A stretch of DNA of 64,000 nt from NCBI GenBank assembly GCA_977030845.1, contig OZ365116.1, forward strand, positions 17,670,001-17,734,000, in the 5' to 3' direction. Positions 1-12,667 of this stretch are shown here, piece by piece (positions within the stretch are counted from its first letter, which is position 1; the number at the start of each line of letters is the position of its first letter). A program made the position numbers and the translations under genes. The notes under the pieces were generated by a model. That model was not told where the DNA came from, did not search any database, and saw nothing but the letters and a program-made list of their open reading frames with translations. This DNA is from Fimbriosthenelais zetlandica (taxonomy: Eukaryota).

Positions 1-434
1 GAATAAGCCACAATTCTGCCGTTGCCATGGCAACAGAAACACTCGAAATATTAAATTTAAATAATTCTGACCCAGTCCTGATTCCCAGCTTCTGAATAAA
101 GTTTACATGATAAAAATCGGATAGGAAATACAAAAATAATGAATAAAAACATTCCCATTCCTATTTTTATGAAAAACTTCATTTTCAAGTTTCTTTCATT
201 TTTCTGGTTCAAAATCCCGGCTCCTGGGAAATCCGCCTTGTCGCTAAAATTTTGATCTGGCTAACTTTGAAAGGCTCCATCTTCACTTCTAATTGGAATT
301 TTCGAAAGATTTTTTCACCAAATTGAAGCAAATTCCTCGCTCTACTTTGGCTAAATTCAGGTTTGAGTGCATATATGCACTCCTCGTACGTTTGCGTGAG
401 TGCATATATGCATTGGTCGGCATTAAAGGGTTAA
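1..434. mobile_element. Right end of a probable non-autonomous piggyBac-like DNA transposon (MITE); left end outside the window
   Basis: Ends in AAAGGG|TTAA (425-434), the CCCTTT-type terminus plus TTAA target site typical of piggyBac. Subterminal 18-bp palindrome GAGTGCATATATGCACTC (365-382) is partly repeated at 398-412. No coding capacity. Confidence 0.5.
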
Positions 435-1224
435 TAGTGGGCAGGTTGTCTAATAGTAAAGCCTATTTATATTCCAATAATGTTAAATAAAGGAGCAGGA
501 ATGTTGTTCATTCCTTGATTTAACTATAGAGTGAAGTATTTGAAACCTGAACACATACATATGTCACATGTGTCCCTTATTTCCCTGCAGGTAAAATATT
601 CACCCGTTCATTATCCTCCCTGCTCTGTTCTAAAGAAGGTCTATTTGTGATGACTTGACTTTGTACAGTGCCCTTTTGGCATGGGAACTATTTACAAACA
701 ATCTTCCTGTAGTAGATTGCCATAGTAGAAGTTGTGGAAGGTGTTGTAAGTAATTTATAGCAGCCTTTCTTACTTCAGAAAATCAGGAGCTTGTTTCAAA
801 ACAACCATTAGCAATGTCTATGTTAGATTTTAGCCGAATGTCCCCCAGTCCCCAACTGATTCCCTTTATTTTTTGTGCATCATTTATTTATTCTTGTTTA
901 GGCCTTGTTTTTTTTAATAATGGAGATGTCTCTATATGTGGCCATTGAGTATCCATGGCAACCGGAGACTTATATTAGCCAGTCACTGATTGACACTGTC
1001 ATGGAGACTTGGTCGCTTTTCACACCAAATCAATGATGAACTCCCTGAGCGGCTGTAACAGCATTTCTCACATGCATCACCAAACAATCTCTACATCCAA
1101 CTTCCCACTACTCCACAGATGTTTCTTGTAGTCTCCAGCCCAATCAAAATTTTCCCTCTTGTTAGACACTGATTCGGCGCTGTGGGGTCAAAGCGCCTCT
1201 CTTTGGTTTGTGTGACCTTGATCC

Positions 1225-1241
1225 TGACCCTGGAGTGACCT
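1225..1241 (-). promoter_or_regulatory. DR5-type nuclear receptor element
   Basis: Minus strand AGGTCA-CTCCA-GGGTCA, within a cluster of TGACC half-sites (1185-1269). Confidence 0.4.
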
Positions 1242-2638
1242 GGGGCCGGAGAGTTGACCGAGGTGACCGGTCGGTGGCGCGACCGTCCACAGGGAGTGAC
1301 ATTGATCTGGCGCATGCATGCACCTCACCATCTCACATCGCTTGATCTTGTTTATTTCTTTGGCAAGCGGAAAGGGCGACCCCCTGAGAAAACAAATTGC
1401 TGAATTATCTCTACTAACCTGTGTTGATTAATCATACATTTACTAATGGGTGTCCAGTTGAAGTACGATGCTGGTTATCATTTGGTAAATTAGTTCCAAA
1501 CCTTGCCATGAAGGATTCTCATTGACCAGTCCACTTTCAAATAGAGTTCATAAGATTTCAAAATGTACTCTTCTACATTTGGCAATATCAGAAATATTGG
1601 ACCAACTCAAGCTATAAAACTGGAAGAAATCATGTAGATTAAGTTAATCATTTATACCAACGATTAGGCCTATACAATGATTTACATGAGAGTGGTTTGT
1701 ATTGTAATAATCGGATACTAAGTCATAATTATCATACCTTCATATTTTAACCTTGATTTTGTGCCTTAGATATAACATAAAGATGTGCTCCTTGTAATGA
1801 ACGTTTTATTTTTTCCAGACTATCTACCTCCTTGTGGATAAGCCTCCCACCTCCATGTCAGCTCTTCCATCCATCATTCCACCTCAAAGGCCTTTCTTCC
1901 CACCTCTTACACATACCTCTACAGCCTTTATACTGAATTAAGATGAGCTCACTGATAAGGCGGCGTGAAACTACCGTATACCTCCACCTCTATCTGCCAA
2001 CTTCACCACCGAGGAAAAGAAACCCTGATTGTATTTGGAGGTAACCATTTCTTTCATAATATTACTCAACAGGGTTCACATGGATTTGAAAAATCCTGAA
2101 AAAAAAGTTATCGAATCATGTCGATTTTAGCAAAAGTTACAGATAACCTCTAAAATTAAACTTATTGAAAATATGAAGTTGCTACTAATACTTAAGGTTT
2201 TGTACAGTAATGTTTATAGGGTGGCCCAAAAAATAATATGATAATGCTTTCTGTGGGAATCCTGTATTAGAATTGAGATGTCTTATCTCTGTCAAGGTTG
2301 TTTTGTTGCTCGATATATGGGACCAGATATATACAGATATGTATTGTTAATGTTAATCTGTTGGCGGCGCTCACTGCGATATTTACGGTTCCCTCGTCTG
2401 GAGGGGATTTAGCGGGAGGAAGAAGCCACCCGTAACTGATCCCAGAGGAAGCCAGGGGAAGCGGGCGACATCGGGCGTCGAGTGTTGTCATCGACCGTGG
2501 AGGACTTATCTCTATAGCGGGAGCCGGCCTGCTAGAATTACCTCCTCCAGGTGTTCACCTCGCGCCCGTGTATTCCCTGCCCCGCGACCTGCTCATCAAA
2601 TGCTCGCGCTGCATTTTTGTTTGCTATTCTGTTGCTGA

Positions 2639-2708
2639 TATACACATAAAGTGTATAGTTTCCTGTATTTGCTATACACATAAAGTGTATATAGTTTCTT
2701 GTATTTGC
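2639..2708. repeat. Tandem duplication of a ~35-bp unit with an internal hairpin
   Basis: TATACACATAAAGTGTATAGTTTCCTGTATTTGC x2; the second copy has an extra TA and one substitution. Confidence 0.85.
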
Positions 2709-5700
2709 TCTCTTATGTAAGATTAGCTTGAGAGTAGATAGTTTGAAATTATATTGTATAGAAGTATTATATTGTATGGAAATATTATGATTCATCAGGT
2801 ATGAAATATCTTATTTATAGAAATAGAAGGTATATAAATGTATGTACATGTATACATCTCTCATTGGATTTTATAGATGTTGAAATCTTCTATGATGATT
2901 GATTTGTCCCTGGTGAACATAATTTGTTTTCCAATTAACATAACACAATACTTGTGACATATACCATACTTTGTGGAATCCAATTCATCATAAACCTTTA
3001 TAAATGATCCTATAAAATGGAGCCTAATTGAGATAATTTGTCAAAAGGTTCTGCCCGATCAATTTCACAGTCCATATAACCCCATCAGTTCTCAATATAC
3101 GTCCAGAGAACCTCCTATAGAACCAGCTATGTAGAAATGATGGATGTATTTCTTTGACAAGCCTATGATCTATAACTTATCTTTTATATATTCCCCACCA
3201 TGCAAACTTCAACATGAAGGAATCCTATGTTACTCGTATTGCCCAGTAGGGGTAGCGGCGACTCATTTTGGGGGGTCGGGAGCCGGACTGGAGATGCTAT
3301 TAAAATGTCTCTCCCTTCATATCAGGTATTACAATGTGATTTGTGGCATGGGGAGTTTTCTTGTGAAGCAGTGGGTCGGATTATGGTTCCCTAGAGGGAG
3401 TGTAAATAGGATTGGACACGATAGGAATACTATATGGAAGAGAATAATGTGCATGGATGGGTCTGGCTTATAGACTGCCTCTACTCCCACAACGGGGTGG
3501 AATATGTAAAGGAATCGTTGGTGATTTCCGGGAAATATTTTCTTAATAATGTAGGGACTTTGGCATGTTTAGGCCTGACGCTGACGGAGATGAAAAGCTT
3601 GTGGATTTCCCATTATGCACGGCTGATTTCCGCTCCACAAACAGCAGGCATTGATGGAATAAACTAGATTACTAATTCCACTCCATTAGGCTTTTTCTGG
3701 CTTTATATATAGTGTCCCTTTTAACCTATCAGCGTCTTTACATATTCGTACATTTTTTTGGCTTATTTAATTCAGTTTAGTTACATTGTGTCCCTGGTTC
3801 CAGAAGGATTCTAATTTGTAGAATTCTATTTGGATTATTGATGTTAAATATGATTTAAAAATCTCATTCTCTAAAAGACTTATTTTTTATTAAGTGTGAA
3901 AAGGTAGAACACTTTACTGTTAGTAGATTTAGTGCCCATATCAGTCGTTGACGTTCTGCTTTCTCTATTCCCTGACCATGATGGAATGTGGAGCATCACT
4001 TTCTCTCGCACCCAGACGATTTATTTTTTCTCTGGGCGAGGTAGAGAAGGAAAAAAAGCCTCTTTCTAGACGACACACCTGGACTTTGTAGGTTGTTATT
4101 TCATGAAAACGAGGCGGGCTGAGTTACATGGCCTCCGACAGCTTCATGGAGGTTTACATTTTTCTCTACGAGATGCCCCTCTTCACAGATAACCTGCACC
4201 GCAGCGCCGCCCTAGCGGAGACTGGCGGAAGCATACATTGGTGATCCATGATGTACATGCCATATAGCTTTGGTCCAATGTAACTAGAGTACAGTAATTA
4301 AGTTGAGAAAATGTCGCAAAATGATATAATGTCGAGAGAAAGTAATCCTGAATAGATTTCATAACATTCCCTTTCCTTCTATATACTATAAACAATTGGA
4401 GACGTGGGCATGTTGGTCTTGGATTTCTTTCATTGAGATGTTTTACCTCAAAGCTTTAGCTCAAAAGGGAATTGCAATCATTCTTGTATAAGAGGGTTTG
4501 GGACATTGATGGACATGGAGGAGGTCGCGCTGGGCTAGCGACGAGATAAACCCCTGACCTTGACTTCAAGTAGTGACGTCACTAAACGAGATTCGCGCGT
4601 CAGCTCTCGTTCTCACAGACGTCCACTAATGTGTAATGTTTTAGTTGTTCTAGAAGGAAAGAAGTTCAGGGTAGCTATATAGGTAAATGGCTGAGAGAAA
4701 GAAGTCTAAGTACTGGTGGATAGATGGACTCCTCACATGAATTCTCCCCTACCTGGCAGAAAGATAGTCTGTTAAAGAGACTCCAATGAATCAATGGATT
4801 GTATTTTCCCTAGTGTATAAAAGCTCACTATTTTTCACTTGCCTAAAAGTCACCCAAGATGAATTCCTCAGAGCACAATTTAAGGTATCCCTTCAGACTG
4901 ATGCCTATTTTATAGTCAAGTTGCTCCTTAAACTATTTTCAACTGTAGATGAACATTTTTATGGATATTCATTTACCACTACAATTTTGAATATGTTGGG
5001 GTTTCTGCTCTCGCCTACAGTAATTTTGACATCCTGCCCCTGCGTCCACCAGGGGGTCTTTATTTTGTGAACCCTCAGTAGTGGCGCTCTAATCAGTCGT
5101 GGTCGAGCATGTGGTTGCGATTTGTTGTCGCTTTGTTTCGCGACGCCTCAGGCGACGTGACACAGCATCGACCAACTAGAAATAATTGATTTCAAAGGCG
5201 GAGAGAGAAAGAAGTGGGTTTATCTCTAAATTGGAGCTGACAATCATCACGCTAATCAGACGGTCCCCTTCCCCTCGCTCATGTATCATGTCGCCCCGTG
5301 TTTCCCATGATATTCCAGCCAGATGTCACTTTCTGCTGCTTTCCTCATATTGCATGGCTCCTAAAATTTATTATAATATACTGTGGAAGTTCTGTGTTGA
5401 TACAAACTTCTTTCCCTTTACCAGCCCCTTCTTGCTTGCAGTTATTCTGTCCATCTATAAACGTTAATATATCAATATGTAAAAGAATTAGGGAAAGTCT
5501 AGAACTTAGATTGTATAAATATAATGTTTATTGCTATAACAGAATCCGGGTTTCTGTCATTATACCGGATTTGCTCTACCATTGTATTATACATACTTCT
5601 ATTATATATACATATCTCATTCATTTAACACTGAGAACTGATCTGCTAGCAACTGCCTTAATTATTTGATAAAAATAGTGATTAGAGTAGTTAAAAATGC

Positions 5701-6789
5701 TCAATCATTGACCCATGCATTATAACTGTGTTTATGGATGGAAACTTTCTGATAAGGAAGATATTTGAACCCTTTTAAAAATCCATTGACCTATGTTTTG
5801 GAAGAAGTAACTTTTTCATGCATAGAACATTTCAATATTTGTATTTATCAAAACAAAAAGATTCTGAGCAAACATGAAAAACCTTCCCAGGCCTCTCAGT
5901 GCCCACATGTTTACACTCATTCCTTGATACGTTATTGGCAAAACATAGCTTCGGTGCAAATATCCTTGGCAAGATAGTTCTTCAGAAGTTTTGAGAAATA
6001 GTGGAGGAAACAATGGGGGGAAAGGCCATCTGTACGGCTTGTCACAGCCATGTTTCACATGTATACACTGTTATGGCTGTGAAGAAAATGTGTGAAATGC
6101 TAACAGAAACATCTATCCCCTAGATTGATGGCCAGTTTGACAGAGATGACCGGTTCTCTATGGACCAGTCTTTGTTCTCTTTAAAAAAGCCGTCATCAGT
6201 TATTCTGTTTCCTTTATGCTGTTATACAGGAGTATCTTGGGAGGGTGAATAGAGTAATAGCCAAACGGAATGATATTATGACGCTTTCCTACTATTTTGC
6301 TTTAAATCCTGAAGGGTAGAAAAAAGTACCTACATACCTGATGGATCTACATGTATACATATGCAAATATGAATGACTATTATCTTTGATCATAATATAT
6401 CATTTCTAATATAAGCAAGACATATATTACCCACATGTACTGCTTTTTACATTCAACAGCTACTTTACTCTTCACATCTTAATTAATATTATCACCGAAG
6501 TACTTTCATAATATATAAGGCCTATCAAAAGATCATTACAGATAATTCTTTCAGTAATTATCGCTCTACTCTCATAAAGTAAATTTAACAATGAAATACC
6601 GCATTATACAGTAGAATGCAGTAGGTCCATAATGTTGTAAGGCAAGCTTGGCATCGCTGTTCATCAATATACAATTCCTGTCATAAGGCCCCTCCTCATT
6701 GCCAAAGTTCAATATGAGCAGATATGTCCATATTTATCATAGCTCCCAAAATGTGACTTTATATGTTGAGTGTTCTGTTTGACACTGGA

Positions 6790-6944
6790 TCATAGAGGCC
6801 TCTCAGGCACAGTCAAAGTGTTCAACATTGCACTTGTAGTAGTTGGGCTTATACTTTCCACAATGAGAGATAAGCAGTCCAAACTAGACACATTGTTATT
6901 GTTATTATTACTGGAGCTCTGCGGATTGTTGTGTTGGTCAAAAC
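6790..6944 (-). CDS. MyoD: MyoD-family MRF, last coding exon (helix III / Myf5-type C-terminal motif)
   Basis: Strong acceptor ttttctttcttttctttccag|GT, phase 1. Encodes GFDQHNNPQSSSNNNNNNVSSLDCLSLIVESISPTTTSAMLNTLTVPERPL*. SSLDCLSLIVESIS matches the MRF helix III motif SSLDCLSSIVERIS. Confidence 0.93.
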
Positions 6945-9900
6945 CTGGAAAGAAAAGAAAGAAAATTTGAGACATTTTTGAAATGTATTTGGCAAACATT
7001 CATCCCAACTAACATCCAGTGAATTTATTCTTTATTTCACCACCCAATAACATAAAGATAAATAGATACAACAGTACAGTTAAGTTACTGTTTATATCAA
7101 CTCCTCACAGTTAAATAGGAAAATAACCATGCTGAAATTGGTCTTGGATCCGCCGCATGGGAATTGGCCACATATGGTTTGACACTCAGGGGGAAGCAAT
7201 TTCAACAGGACGTAAAATACAGTAGTGATATACTCTAGGGAGGCACATGTTATATACGGGGGTCTATCTTATAGAGAGCAGAAGACAAGGGTCATTTCAC
7301 GCCTGAGCTGCTCTCATTCAAACCCCCCACTAAGAGTGAGCAGTAAGATGAGATTTGCACTTTTGTTACCCATTCCCTCAGCAGCTTCTCTTATGGAGAG
7401 AGAAAGAGGAGAGGGAGGGGAGAAAGGGAAGGAGAGCGAGGCATGGCAATCTTTTAGCATGAATCACTACGCAGTGTCAACCCCCAATGGTATTGATCAC
7501 GTGGTTAAAACACGTGGTCGCGAGACGCAGCTAGAGGGCGTCATATGACATTTTACTCTGAAGTCTATTTCACATACATGTATATAAAATATAAATTTCC
7601 AGGGAGTGTTCAAAAGAGGGGTGGGGATAATAGGTTTATAGAGAAAAAGTTATCCTCCCACCACATATATGAAAATTTATGTTAATTTCTGAAAAATCAA
7701 AATAATAAGATTTATTTGCGGTCCATCTGTCAGTGATATTGGCTCATTATAAGATGCCATTTATATTTCCATTGGGATACAAAGCTCGTTGGGTCAGAGA
7801 CTTTTGGTCTGCCTGTGTATATAGGGCGGAGTATTGCTGACAACTCCCAAATAAACACAGCCTCAATCTCTGCCAAATGTTGCCTTTCCATAGATAGTCT
7901 CTTCTCTGGGATTATGCTTTTTGCCTCAGGGTGTTGAGAGACACGGAAGAAAGAAATCTGAGCCCCTCCCTTTAATAAATATGGACCGAAGCAAGATTCT
8001 TTTACATTTTCATTATACCATATATTACCTCTAGTTAGAGGGGCCTTTTGGCCATGGTATTTGGGAATTTGAATTCAGCTTTAAAAGTAAAGTTAGTCAT
8101 GTGTTTTGTGGATAACGTAGAATTAGCTGAAGCCTTAAATCTAGTATTATGCAAATACAAGCTCTTACCACGTTTGCCAGTAAGTTTTTGATAGACTTTA
8201 TTAGTTGTCCTAAACAAAAGGGCTTCTCGGCCTGAGGGCAAAAAAATGAATAAATCAATGATACTAAAACAAATGAAAACAATCTAAAAGCACGAGAAAT
8301 AACATGAAAAAAATCTTTCCCAGTAGGCCATAAGAATGTGACATATTCTGAAAATAGGAACTAATTTCATTGATTCCTCCTTTTTGGGATGAAAAATGCA
8401 CAGATAAAGGTCAATAGATAGCAATAATTGTTTTCAGATGTGTGGTCTCCTTCCTATGTCATAATGTAACATAATAAAGATTGAGCTTTCTCTATATTAC
8501 CAGAGAGCCATCCTCCCGGGGAAACACTAGATTTTCTTATCAGCTTCAGTAAGGGCTACCGGAGAGACTCACTCCAGGCGCCCACTGGAGGAACTTGGTC
8601 CTCATGATCATATTATCTCGAGAAGCCTTTTTCATGGCAAATGCTCTCAATGTAAAATTCAATGGGAGAGGATAGTAAATTTGTCTTGATTTCTTTTCTC
8701 ATTTCCCCTCTTTAAACGGGCAGAGAAAATTACAAACTGAGTTTGAGCTATGACGCGAGCACTCCCTTAAACATAATCTGCTCTCTGAGCTGTCCAAGAC
8801 CAATGTTTACTTTTGTAGATGATTGGGAGTGACAGGGAGTAGGAACCTATAAATGCTGTCTTTTACCTTGCTGTTATCACTTAATGGCCAGAAATAAGAA
8901 CATTATACCGTTTGTCTGTCGGAACAGAAGATAGGTGCCTTTACATTCACAATGACAAGCGAGCAGACACATGGGGTTATAAGTTATAAGCTCGTGTGAT
9001 TTACTGATGTTTAGCAGCGGTACCAGAAACGGTTAATACTACAAATCTATGAATCCTATCATAAAAGGAACTAAAAGAACTTGCCATAACACATTTTGTC
9101 TCCGCTTGAAACATGGGAGACGGTCGCAAGGACCAACAGGACGCCCGAGACGGGGCGAAACTAACCAGAGCGGGGGTCGATGACAGAAGGGCGTCACATA
9201 AAAGCCCATAGAGATAAGGCCTCCTTGTTTCACAAAGAAGTGTCGAAAGTCATCCCTCTCCATCTCCAGTTTTGCCTTTTCTTTCACCCCCTTTATGTTT
9301 AATCTTTTTTGAAGCCGGATTCTCTCACGCATTTTCGACTAATGTGTCGAACGTCCATGGGAAAATGCGTTCTTTTCCCGGACAAGAGAAGAGAGGTTAT
9401 ACATTTAGTACTCAAAATATAGACACAATGCTAATATATCATCATGCAGCTGGGATGGGAGTATGAAGGTCATACTGCTATATTGACTGTATCTCAAGTT
9501 AGCCCCCCCCCCATGTATTTATAAAACCCATACATGTATACTAACCTGGTATATTGATAGAAATTAATCGAATACAATAATAATTTTAAGCCCATTTCCT
9601 CTTATTAATACCAGGCCCCCGTCATATTTCTCTTGTCAGGGTTGCCCGCAGTATATTATTACCATATAAAATAACCATGACTGATTTTTAATCACCCCCG
9701 ACCGCACACCAATACAACCTTGATTCAGAAAACAGCATGTTAACGACTGGTTTTATGGAAACTCAAGAAGTCATTAACACGCACATTAAACGCCCCTTAG
9801 GAGTGGAATGAATGTGTTTGATGGCTACCATCCTCGTCCAAGGCCCATTTTAAATTTTGGCAATGACTGATGGGGTTTTACCAAGAAAGTTAAAACCAGT

Positions 9901-12626
9901 AATGATATTTTCAATGTCACTCATGACTTTTTAAAATGACCTGAGAATATCCGTCATATTTGGAAAGATTTTGCTACTGCACTTTGATAACTTATTTGGT
10001 GCGGTCGCTCTATATAGTGTCATGGGATCGAGTAGGGGGAAAGTGATGGTTACTTTTCCCCTACTCATGGGGGTAGGTCTTTGTCTGGGGAGGTCATTAA
10101 TTAATCAGATAATAGGCATGTAACTACCTTGATGATAGTCCATAATCACGCCGCTAACCGCGTCACAGACGCTCCTCTGACCATTAATTAAGATAAGACA
10201 TTTCACCCCCAGAATCCCTGACATTTTATCAAGGGAACTAGGTGAGGAGAGCTGGCCTGCTGGCGCCCATGTTCACGCGCCATCGCCAGCCCTCGGTCCA
10301 TCTTACGTCACGCTTAGTGATGTCGGCGTCCTTATAGACCGGAACCGGAACGATGGGTCGAGGAATGTTAGGCGGCTAAAGTTAATACAGAGATCAAAGA
10401 CTCAAGCATGTGTTCAATCACCCCTAAAGTGAATAAGATGGCATGTATAGCCTAACATTGAATAATGATTACCTGCTCTTAATGCAAAATCATATACAGA
10501 CCATTATACAGCTTGTCTAGCTCAAATAGATGACCATCTTATAATATATTAATTTAATTATTTCAACCGAGAGATTTGGGGGATAAGCCCAATGCCATCC
10601 ATACCCCAAACATCATTAGTGAGGTGTATATGTGATTATCTTCATATATATGGGGGTAATGTTGTAGGCGGGGATCATTAGCACACCCCCAGTCGGGCTC
10701 CTCCTCCTCCACACCACCCCTCCTGGCTTGGATCTTCCGCTAGCCCCGCTCCTCCTTCATGGCAGTGGGGAAGCATCTGGCGTGATGGTCATTTTTAAGC
10801 CCGAGGAGATTAACTTCCTCAGAATCCTCATTCATTTTTGGCTGAATTATCTCTGCGTCCCATCCCTCATCAGACAGGCTCAAAATGAGTACATTACATG
10901 AGCACATAAAGAGAATGACACTCCCAGCTTTAAGTAGATCCCCAGTCTCCACATTAATCAAACTAGCAACCCCTCCACAATTAATGATGCTCTAGATTAT
11001 TCCCCATGGTTGGTATTTTATATTTTGACAGTTCTCTGTCGATGAGGCCACTGGAAATCTTGTCATTTCCTATATGATATATATGAACGGATGGGGTATC
11101 CCTGGACATGATTAAAATATACTTAAAGTTATCAAAATCAAGTTTGCATTTGATATATAGCAACAGTTGACTAGCTTGAGAGAATGTTCATTAGTAAGCA
11201 GGCCTAATATTTGGGGCTATGACAGCGGGATTTTTGTCATGGTAGAAGCTGGGTTGAGTTTTGGCCTGGCCTACCTCTGTGGCCTGTTTCTCAGGTTGCT
11301 GCCCCCCTCTGTGGGAGGTCAGTGAGAAGTAAGGGGTGATACTGGTCAGGAATGTCCACCCAGTATTTCATCTATGTTCTCACCGCTCACATTAGTATGA
11401 TCGATACCTCTCTGCCAACTAGTGTGAGACTAGAGGTCACACATACATGATCATACAGGGCTACTGACAGCTTGGTGGGAAGGGGTGGGGGTGGTCGTGG
11501 GCGGTGGGAAAGGGGGCGCAAGTCATACCCTCCAAAATGACCATTACTGAAAAAGGTTCCGCCCAAATTGCAAGAATTATTGGCATTGCCCTATTGGTTT
11601 CACTTCTTATAGCTGTATTTTATCTCATAATATATTTTTTTAAATTTTTTTTTCTTAGTACAAATGTAAATTATGTACATATAATCTGAGTCTATATCGG
11701 AATAAGATAGCCTGGGATTTGTAATCTTGTAAAAGTTAAAAGGAAGTAAAATCTATTATTATAACATTGGACATCCGGCCTTAATACCAGTCAACGTGGA
11801 GTATTTTCTTTCAATTTTAGTATAATATTTTCTCAATTATAGAGTTTTTTGGGGGGAGTGTCGTAGTTTAACCGTTTTGAGGGGTGTTGACACCACCCCT
11901 TGAAGTAAAAGCGTATCATAAACCATAAAGGTGAGACCCCCGTCAGGGGGAGAGGTTCTTATAGTTAGCAACACTGTCTGTCCGCCATACTCCTATAACC
12001 TACACCCAGCATGAAAGGGGTTGTAGTTGTAAAGAAAATAATGTACGCGGGCCATTTTCCGGGTGATTTGAGCGCGTCACACGGGTTTTCAGGGCAGAGA
12101 GGTGATGGGCATGATGGGCTGGGGGGAGGCGGCCACACCTGCTACTGGACGTCACATTGCCCGTCATGCCTCTCTGCCAAATGACGGACACTGTCTACAT
12201 GGCGAGGGAAAATAAGATGCGCTCTGAGCATGTGCGAATATTACATCCGGCCAGAGACGGGTAATAGGAAGTAACAGAGATATGTTGGGCCTTGGGAAAA
12301 ATGTTTGCTTCACAAAGTGATTTTAAATGAATAATTTATTTTTAAAATGTGTGTTCTCACAGGAGAAATTTCAATGTTATCTCGGGAGATACTGTGTTCC
12401 ATATAGGCTCTTGTTTTTCCTATATGAAATTATTTTCTTAATATAGATATTACTGAGAAATTGACACTGACAACTATGAAATTGCAGACACATTCTAGTG
12501 AAAAATCATCAGAGAAATTTCAAGTGGGGGCTGTTGCTATAAGACCCTTTCACCTAGCTATCTCCAAAGATTAAATGCGATCTTTACTAATCATCAGAGC
12601 TTCTCAGACAAAGCAGCCCGGTGTGC

Positions 12627-12667
12627 CTTTCACACCTATTTCTCATCACTTTCACACCTATTTCTCA
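12627..12667. repeat. 22-bp-period tandem duplication containing TCACACCT
   Basis: CTTTCACACCTATTTCTCA at 12627-12645 and 12649-12667. Confidence 0.85.

Noticed and set aside
5262-5271. GGTCCCCTTC, matching part of muscle miR-133
   Set aside because: Only 10 nt match and there is no precursor hairpin. No miR-1 sequence was seen either.
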